Below the pieces are notes generated by a model. It was not told where the DNA came from. It was given only the letters and a program-made list of their open reading frames with translations, and searched no databases. The translations under genes were made by a program, and so were the position numbers. From Verrucomicrobiia bacterium (GTDB lineage Bacteria; Verrucomicrobiota; Verrucomicrobiia; Limisphaerales; UBA8199): a DNA stretch of 64,000 nt. Positions 57,554-64,000 of the stretch are shown here, in pieces (positions within the stretch are counted from its first letter, which is position 1; each line of letters begins with the position of its first letter). The stretch is from assembly GCA_035294005.1 (NCBI GenBank), contig DATGLT010000294.1, positions 2,238 to 66,237 on the forward strand, written 5' to 3'.

Positions 57554-59901
57554 GGCTGGGTCGTGTTTCGAGGCATGCGCGGCACGCGGCACGTGGCCAC
57601 CGTCCCGTGGTCGCTGCCTTCGCATTGAAAGATTCCGCCGATCAGCTGGGCCCGGTAACTCATAATGTGCAACCCCATTCCCGACCTGCGGGAGGGCTTG
57701 GGCGCGCGCCATTTCCCATCGTCAACCACCTGCAAAGTAATTGCGTCCGGCCCGCTAAACAGCCGAATCACGATGTTGCGGCCGCCGCTGTACTTCACGC
57801 AATTGTTAACAGCTTCCTGTGCGATACGGTAAAGATGAGTTGCGGTCGGCATGTCGCACCGAATCGATTTGAAATCCAGCTCGCACCGGCATGACAAGCC
57901 GTGCCGTTCAGAGATCGAAGCCGCCAGTTCCTCGAGGGCAGGGGGAAGACCCTCAGTGCTGAGCCGTATCGGATAAAGTCCCTGGCACACGCCGCGCGCC
58001 TCAGTAATGGCGTCGTCGAGCAGTTTGCTGATGCGTCGAGCCGATTCCGCCTCGGCCCGCCCTTCCGCGCTGAGCGCCGCTTCCATTGTGTTGGCGGAAA
58101 TGGCAAGGCCGATCAACTGCTGGCACAACCCGTCGTGGATGTCCTGTCCAATCCGCGCCTGTTCGCGATCGGAGATTTCGAGGATCTCGCGCTGCAAACG
58201 GAATCGTTCGGTGACATCCGTAGCCACGGTTATCAAACCAGCCGGCCGTTGTTGATGGTCCCGCACGGGCGTGTAACGGCACTCCAGGACCGTCGAATCA
58301 AATTCGAGCAAGGAGCTGAATTCATCCCCGCCAAGACCTCTCCTGATATTCTCCTGGACCAGCGGAAAATCGGCATACACTTCCTCGGCGCGCCGCCGCA
58401 CATTTTGGCCGGGCTCAACTCCCATGGCTTTGAGCGCCTGGCCGTCCTCGAAGGTGATCACTCCGCTGGCGTCCGTCGCGACCAGGGCTATGGGCGCGCT
58501 GTTCACAATTGTGCGCAAATGTGTTTCGCTGCGGCGCAGCGAATCCTCGGCCTGGATGCGGGCAATGGCACCGGACACCTGGGACGCTATCATCTCGATA
58601 CCGATTCGCGTTCGGGGCAGGATCTGGTCATGCCGGTACGAGGCCAGGTTCAACATACCCAGCACCCTGCCTTTATGCTGAAGCGGAACGATCGCCAGCG
58701 CGCTCAGGCCTTCGCTGCCCCATAACACTTCCAGTTTCCGCGGAATCTGATCCTGGCGCATATACACCGTCTTTCCCAACCGCGCCATCCGCGTTTCGGT
58801 CGCATCCGACTTGTAGCGGGATATCCTCGAAACAAACGAAGTCGACAAGCCCCGGTGGGCAACCAGCCGCAGTTCGTCGGTCTCCGGTTCCATCACATAC
58901 ACACCCCCGCAATCGATTCCATCCAGCTGAACTGCCACTTCCAATAGCTTTTCCAGCGCGAACTGCAGATCACTGGTGGAACCCAAAGCAATGCCGACAT
59001 CGCGCTCAGCCTGCAAAAGATGCTCCGTTCTTTTGCGTTCGGTGATGTCTTCGGCGATACCGACCAACCGGTAGACAGCGCCTTCCTGGTTGCGGACCGG
59101 GAAGGCTCGGTCGTGGACCCAGCGCAACGAACCGTCCGGACGCACGACCCGGTATTCCTCGTCGTAATCGCCCGTTACCTGCTTTCCGCACACCGCCCGG
59201 GTCACGCGCTCACGGTCTTCGTGGTGGACACCTTGGAGCCAAATGGAAGGCGAAGCGTACAGCGACTCGCAGGACCGCCCCCAAAGCGACTCGAACTCGG
59301 GACTAATGTATTCGAACTGAGCTTTCGAAGGATCGGTCACCCAGAACACGTCAGCGATGTTTTCGGTTACCTGCCGAAACATCTCAACGGCCTCGGCAAG
59401 CATCTCGGCCGTTTCTTTGTGCCCTTCCACTTCCCGTTGAAGCCGGATGGTTCGTTGTTCAACCGCGTCGTGGAGGTCGCGTGTGGACCGGCCGACCGTC
59501 GCAGCGAGCCAGCTGATACTGCCAAAGGCGGCAAGCCGCACCGTCAGATTCAGCGCCGGGATCACACCGGTCAGACCGCCAGGTCCTGCGACATCGGCGC
59601 AAAACAGCAGCAGCGAAGACGGGACCGAGCAAGCCCAGCCTGCCCTGCCCCCGGCCATCCAGCCAGCCGCGCAGCAAGTGAACAGGTAAAAGTATTCCAG
59701 GTTGAGACCATGCGCTGAATGAAGATTGATCCAGCCGATCAAGCAAATCACAATCAATCCCGCCGCCGCGATTAGGAGTTTGGGGTTTGCTCCCATTGCG
59801 TGCATCCGATCGAGCATTCTCGCGACACGCGCGTCCAACGCGCCGATGGTGTTTGTCGCGGAGTGGGAAGGGCGTTCAAGAATGTCTGTGAACTTGCTCA
59901 T
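57550..59901 (-). CDS. Membrane sensor histidine kinase (TM-PAS-GAF-PAS-HisKA_3-HATPase)
   Basis: N-terminal TM helices, HisKA_3 H-box IGQDIHDGLCQQLIGL, C-terminal GMGLHIMSYRAQLIGG. Confidence 0.9.
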   Translation of the reverse strand: MSKFTDILERPSHSATNTIGALDARVARMLDRMHAMGANPKLLIAAAGLIVICLIGWINLHSAHGLNLEYFYLFTCCAAGWMAGGRAGWACSVPSSLLLFCADVAGPGGLTGVIPALNLTVRLAAFGSISWLAATVGRSTRDLHDAVEQRTIRLQREVEGHKETAEMLAEAVEMFRQVTENIADVFWVTDPSKAQFEYISPEFESLWGRSCESLYASPSIWLQGVHHEDRERVTRAVCGKQVTGDYDEEYRVVRPDGSLRWVHDRAFPVRNQEGAVYRLVGIAEDITERKRTEHLLQAERDVGIALGSTSDLQFALEKLLEVAVQLDGIDCGGVYVMEPETDELRLVAHRGLSTSFVSRISRYKSDATETRMARLGKTVYMRQDQIPRKLEVLWGSEGLSALAIVPLQHKGRVLGMLNLASYRHDQILPRTRIGIEMIASQVSGAIARIQAEDSLRRSETHLRTIVNSAPIALVATDASGVITFEDGQALKAMGVEPGQNVRRRAEEVYADFPLVQENIRRGLGGDEFSSLLEFDSTVLECRYTPVRDHQQRPAGLITVATDVTERFRLQREILEISDREQARIGQDIHDGLCQQLIGLAISANTMEAALSAEGRAEAESARRISKLLDDAITEARGVCQGLYPIRLSTEGLPPALEELAASISERHGLSCRCELDFKSIRCDMPTATHLYRIAQEAVNNCVKYSGGRNIVIRLFSGPDAITLQVVDDGKWRAPKPSRRSGMGLHIMSYRAQLIGGIFQCEGSDHGTVATCRVPRMPRNTTQP

Positions 59902-60099
59902 AGGCGTTTGAAACCAGGAATCGCTTTGCTCCCCAGCTTCTCCAGTTCCTACTCTAACAAGAACTCAACTCCAAGGAAACCTGAGATTAACGCAAGAAGG
60001 CCGGTATGATGCCTTTTCAAGCGGGTGTCTTTTTAGCGGCACCACGCAAGGCCATGCCGCGTAAAACCCGAAGCGCAGGTCATGTGCAAACCCGCGCTG

Positions 60100-61791
60100 T
60101 TAACGCAAACGGATGAGCCGCAGGGTTTCCGGATCAAACCAGGCCGTGCCAGAAGTGGCCCGGAGCTCGGCAATCAACTCGACCCATTCGCAATCCTCCT
60201 GGACGACAAAATCGTGTCGCACCTGGGCCCAGTGGCCGCAATTCCCCTGGATTCCACTCCCCCGCCGGCCACCCAGCACGCGGACGCCGGCTCCTGACCC
60301 GGTTTGACTCGGTAACCCCACAACGCCCCGAGTCCTGGCTTCTCCTTCCAACCGGTAACGGCCGGGCGGCAGCCATAGAGGCAGACGCCACGACCCAAAG
60401 CAATAATTCTGGGATGCGTCGATCCGCAGAACGGGGGTGTCCTCATCCACAACGGCTTTGACAATCGCATTGTTCCAATCGGTTTTGGCAGACCACCCGG
60501 TCAACCGCGCCATGCCTCCCGAGTCGAACGCTGGGGTCGGCGGATGATTTCCGGCCAGTTCCTGGCCAAAGTGGTTCCAGCGTTCCTGGACCCTTTTCTC
60601 GAGCAGTTCCGACTGGCGTTGGATCCTCGAAATCTCTTCGGGTGATGCTCCCTGACTCAGGCGCGCAACACACGTGCCAACCCTTCTTTGAACGTGTTGG
60701 GCGTCCAGCACGCGAGGGAAAAGCCGCGCAACACGTTCGCGAAAGGCATCGCGGTCCTGCTGGGTCGCAAGCAATGCCGAGGTCAAAATCGCATTTCGCG
60801 GCGGCATTAAACTCATGCCGGATTCCGAAAACGTGTTGTCGAGATCGTGCGGGATGATTTTTATCCGGCCCGACACCGGGTCGTGATAGAGGCGATAGTT
60901 GTTTTGGTGGTATGCGTATCCGTCCCAGTTCGCAAGGATCGTTTCAATTGCCAGAAAGTCCAGGAACTCGTCCACGTCGAGCAACTGGGAAAGCTTTTGC
61001 TTTCTCACCGCTTCATCGCGGATGGCGGCAGCAGCAGCCAACTCCCTCAGATCCCACTGGTCGCTCAGAGGGCCGTTGTCCTGCTTGAGACCTCGGCCGA
61101 CATCACTGAAAAACGCCTCGTACATGTTGCCGGAGCTGTCCCCGAAATGGTGCTTGAGAAAGTCTTTGTTAATCGCCTCGGCCACGACGTAAATGCCGAG
61201 GTCGCGCTCATTCAGAAACACCCGGGCGTGGGTGATGCGCGGCGCGGGGATTCCGCCGTCGGCGAATACTGCGTTGGCAACGAACTTGCACATCTTGCTG
61301 GCATCCTGGGCTGAGTTCTCGAGAAACAACTTGGCCAGGCCGGAGAACCTCTGGTTGGATTCCTTCCAGTTGAACTTCACGGCGAGGCTCGGATGCTCGG
61401 AGATCGGTTGAAAAGTGCCGCTGCCTTTGAGTCGAATCCCGACATTTTCAAACACCTGCTCACCTATGCGAACGCGCCCACCGACGTACGCCTTGGGTCG
61501 TCGCGCCAGTTGTCCCGCTTCGAAATCGTCCAATTCCACATGGAAAACGGCCATGTTGGTGGAATCAAAGAATTCCTGGGCTTGTTGGTTGTGTTTTGCT
61601 CCGGCCCTTAGCTCAGCCGGGAACCCCAGAGCGCAGCAGATGGAGGCAAGTGTGATTCCCTTACGCAGTACGCAATGCAAACACGAAACCAGTGGGTGAA
61701 TAGCTAATGGCCGCCGGGCCAACTTCGGGATTGGCTTTGAAGCAATTCGGCAGGGGTCTCCGACACGATTCAAGCGGCAGAACGACATCAC
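60100..61791 (-). CDS. CotH-family (atypical kinase fold) protein, probably exported, with an extra C-terminal beta-rich domain
   Basis: LKGSGTFQP..., FLENSAQDASKM, ARVFLNERDLGIYVVAEAINKDF, ANWDGYAYHQNNYRLYHD, IIPHDLDNTF. The start is uncertain; TTG 61680 would give a cleaner signal peptide. Confidence 0.75.
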   Translation of the reverse strand: MMSFCRLNRVGDPCRIASKPIPKLARRPLAIHPLVSCLHCVLRKGITLASICCALGFPAELRAGAKHNQQAQEFFDSTNMAVFHVELDDFEAGQLARRPKAYVGGRVRIGEQVFENVGIRLKGSGTFQPISEHPSLAVKFNWKESNQRFSGLAKLFLENSAQDASKMCKFVANAVFADGGIPAPRITHARVFLNERDLGIYVVAEAINKDFLKHHFGDSSGNMYEAFFSDVGRGLKQDNGPLSDQWDLRELAAAAAIRDEAVRKQKLSQLLDVDEFLDFLAIETILANWDGYAYHQNNYRLYHDPVSGRIKIIPHDLDNTFSESGMSLMPPRNAILTSALLATQQDRDAFRERVARLFPRVLDAQHVQRRVGTCVARLSQGASPEEISRIQRQSELLEKRVQERWNHFGQELAGNHPPTPAFDSGGMARLTGWSAKTDWNNAIVKAVVDEDTPVLRIDASQNYCFGSWRLPLWLPPGRYRLEGEARTRGVVGLPSQTGSGAGVRVLGGRRGSGIQGNCGHWAQVRHDFVVQEDCEWVELIAELRATSGTAWFDPETLRLIRLR

Positions 61792-61928
61792 GAATTCCGC
61801 CTAACACATCCACCCTCAGTGGGTTGGATGCAAGTCATTTTCAGAAGCGGGCCTGGGCGGGAATCCCGGGAAAAGGGCTGGTCTCGGGAATGCGTGGACC
61901 GCGCCTAAGTCTGACGCAATGAACGGGT

Positions 61929-64000
61929 TCAACGTGGATTCGAACTGTGTGATTCCGAAACCTGGGCAGCGGGTCCGGGCGGCTGGGTCAGCACCTGCTC
62001 CGCTTCACGCATCAGGGCTTTGGCCAACACCCAATCTGTCCAACCGGATTGGATATCGCGTTTCTCGAGAGGCCGGAGCCGGCGTTCCGCCAGCTGCCTG
62101 CCTTCCTCGAAAGCTACCAGCGCGTCCTGGGGGTAATTGGAGCGGTGAAGCGCCATGGCCAGGACCATGTAAGCCTCGACGTCCCGGTGGGAGCCGTCTG
62201 GCAAGTGCTCAAATACCCGTTCCATCCAGCCTGTGGCGCTTTCGTAATTGCCGAGGCGGTATTCGGCAAATCCTTTGCAGAAGTGGAACCACGGGTTATT
62301 GGCGGAAGTCTCATCAAAATTGACCGCTAGATCGGCCCAATCCGCCGCTCTGCGAAGAACATGTCCGTTCGGTGGGAGGATCAAACAGCTCTTGGCCATG
62401 CGATCGGCAATGCGCGAATCGTTGGTGACCGGTGCAAACGTCTTGTAGATCTCTTCGCACAGATTTCGGTATGCGGGAATGTCGTTCACCTGGATGTAAA
62501 GGGCAGCCAGGGCCTGGTAATTGTGGTGATTGAGCGGCTCCAGCTGTTTGAGTTTTGTGAAGACCTCGATCGCCCGTTCCCATCTGCCGAGTCGCGCAAG
62601 GTAATGACCGCAGGCGGCCAATACAGACTTGTTCGGCGAGTCGTTGGACTCGGCTTGAGCCAGCACGTTCTTGTAGATCTCATCCGCCTGGTCAAATCTC
62701 TCTTCCTCCAGCAAAATATCGAACAGCGCTGAGACGGTTTCACCCATGCTCGGGTCCTGGTTACCGGTTCGCTTGTTCCAGATTGTCAGCGCCTCTTGCA
62801 GCTTGGCTTTGGCTTCTCCAGGTCTATGCTCGCTTGCGAGTACTCTTGCCAGAATTGTTAAGGAGGTCGCTATCCACGGGTGGTCCGCGCCAAAAAGTTT
62901 CTTTTGCGCGGTCAAACTGAGCCGGGCGGTCGCCTCGGCTTCCTTGAACTTTTTCTGGGACGAAAGCGCCTGGACCAGCCCGTTTAATGCTCCGACGGAG
63001 CTGGGACTCGGATGCCCTGTGAGCTTGTCGTAAAGCTCGCGCGTAGCCCGGAACATCGATTCAGCCTCTGACCATGACCCCACGGAGTTCAGGAGGTGCG
63101 CTATTCCGTCCATCGACTCGGCGACCTCCTTGCTTTCAGGGCCGCACACTCTGTTTCGAATTTCCAAAGCCTGTTCAAAACGAGCCTTAGCCTCCGAGAG
63201 CCGGGCTTCACCGGCGAGGATCACCCCAAGATTGTGCAGAGCTTCCGCTACTGGAGCGCTTTCGGGCCCAAAACGTTTGAGGCGGATCGCAAGAGCCCGC
63301 TCCTGCAACGCTTGGGCTTTTGTTCCCTGTCCTTCCGATGAAAGCGCAAGGGCCAGGTCACTCAGGCATTGGGCGAGCAGAGGGTCGTCCCGGTTGAGCC
63401 GCGGTTGGTAAATTTCCAGCGCTTTTGCGAACATTTGTGCGGCAACTTCATAAGCTCCCAGTTCCTGGTACACCCCTCCAAGGGTCATGCACATTTCCGC
63501 TTGGACTTCGGGCTCACCTTTTAAGTCGCTCTCGAATTGGTTGGTAGCGTGGTCCAGCAGGTCGCGGAGCATGGTCGTGTCGCGGCCCAGCGCGTACGAA
63601 GGCTTTACCCCTTTCAACATGTCTTCAAGGCAACGGGCGACCGCCTCGCTTCGATGACTCTGGGTCTTAGCAATCCGTGCTTCCCGCAATGCGAGATAGT
63701 AAGGGACAACCGCGAGCACGATTACTGCCATCGTAACCATGGCCGCTCGCTTCATCCGTTTAAGCCGCAGTTGCAGAAGGTGCTTGCTGCGGACAGACTC
63801 GCCGCTGTGCAGGAGCGCGAGGTCTGCGTTCATTTCCTCGGCTCGTCGATATCGTTCCTTGGGATCCGGAGCGCAGGCGCGAACCAGAACTGCGTTGAGC
63901 TCCATCACCGCCTTGGATTCGTTATTGAGCCCCAAACCAGTCATGGGCTCCGGAAACTCGTTACGATCTTTGCCCATGCTGGCTTCATACAGCACCTTGC
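61929..64000 (-). CDS. Hanks-type Ser/Thr protein kinase (C-lobe only in window) with a TM helix and a long TPR-repeat domain; 5' end outside the window
   Basis: The frame stays open to nt 64000. ...LYEASMGKDRNEFPEP...RACAPDPKERYRRAEEMNADL is a kinase C-lobe. TM AAMVTMAVIVLAVVPYYLAL. TPR-like repeats follow (..A..LHNLG.IL...ARLSEAKARFEQALEI..). Confidence 0.8.
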   Translation of the reverse strand, partial: KVLYEASMGKDRNEFPEPMTGLGLNNESKAVMELNAVLVRACAPDPKERYRRAEEMNADLALLHSGESVRSKHLLQLRLKRMKRAAMVTMAVIVLAVVPYYLALREARIAKTQSHRSEAVARCLEDMLKGVKPSYALGRDTTMLRDLLDHATNQFESDLKGEPEVQAEMCMTLGGVYQELGAYEVAAQMFAKALEIYQPRLNRDDPLLAQCLSDLALALSSEGQGTKAQALQERALAIRLKRFGPESAPVAEALHNLGVILAGEARLSEAKARFEQALEIRNRVCGPESKEVAESMDGIAHLLNSVGSWSEAESMFRATRELYDKLTGHPSPSSVGALNGLVQALSSQKKFKEAEATARLSLTAQKKLFGADHPWIATSLTILARVLASEHRPGEAKAKLQEALTIWNKRTGNQDPSMGETVSALFDILLEEERFDQADEIYKNVLAQAESNDSPNKSVLAACGHYLARLGRWERAIEVFTKLKQLEPLNHHNYQALAALYIQVNDIPAYRNLCEEIYKTFAPVTNDSRIADRMAKSCLILPPNGHVLRRAADWADLAVNFDETSANNPWFHFCKGFAEYRLGNYESATGWMERVFEHLPDGSHRDVEAYMVLAMALHRSNYPQDALVAFEEGRQLAERRLRPLEKRDIQSGWTDWVLAKALMREAEQVLTQPPGPAAQVSESHSSNPR

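Noticed and set aside
1-64000. Search for CRISPR arrays, IS elements or transposases, integrases, prophage genes, toxin-antitoxin pairs, restriction-modification and known defence systems
   Set aside because: I found no spaced direct-repeat arrays, no DDE, tyrosine or serine recombinase motifs, and no phage structural genes. The only repeats are the intragenic modules of the giant gene and the 69-nt duplicated segment at 1946 and 3160.

Overview
GC-rich chromosomal segment. It looks like a Verrucomicrobiota / PVC-group genome, judged from a PEP-CTERM tail, a DUF1559-type H-X9-DG prepilin-like protein, futalosine-pathway genes, an overlapping kdsB-pyrG pair and a giant beta-helix exoprotein. 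I support about 56 protein-coding features, one tRNA-Arg(CCG), two intrinsic terminators and one weak promoter candidate.

Most of the window is housekeeping:
- kdsB-pyrG-folC and sdhCAB
- infA and tkt
- moeA, proB and mazG
- a moeB-rhodanese fusion
- the rpmH-rnpA-yidD-yidC-jag cluster and recG

Interspersed are exported glycoside hydrolases (GH39, GH32), a BNR-repeat protein, several sensor kinases, and an ECF sigma / anti-sigma / PDZ operon.

I saw no rRNA, CRISPR array, transposase, integrase or phage genes.

Most unusual items:
1. A 1,895-aa secreted protein made of four capped beta-helix modules in nested A-B-B'-A' order, with Ig-like and PKD-like spacers. It sits alone between the rpmH core cluster and recG.
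2. An 8-kb run combining a His-Asp two-component pair, a CotH-type atypical kinase and a TPR-tailed Hanks Ser/Thr kinase.
3. A decaying locus at the left end: a frame-shifted BNR gene plus a frame-shifted chimeric remnant that copies pieces of its two neighbours.
4. A roughly 1.07-kb coding desert upstream of an FHA/zinc-ribbon protein.

Many track ORFs are over-extended at the 5' end or are antisense shadow ORFs. I re-set starts where a signal peptide, a conserved N-terminus, a neighbouring gene end or a terminator justified it. All family calls rest on motifs read by eye, not on database searches.
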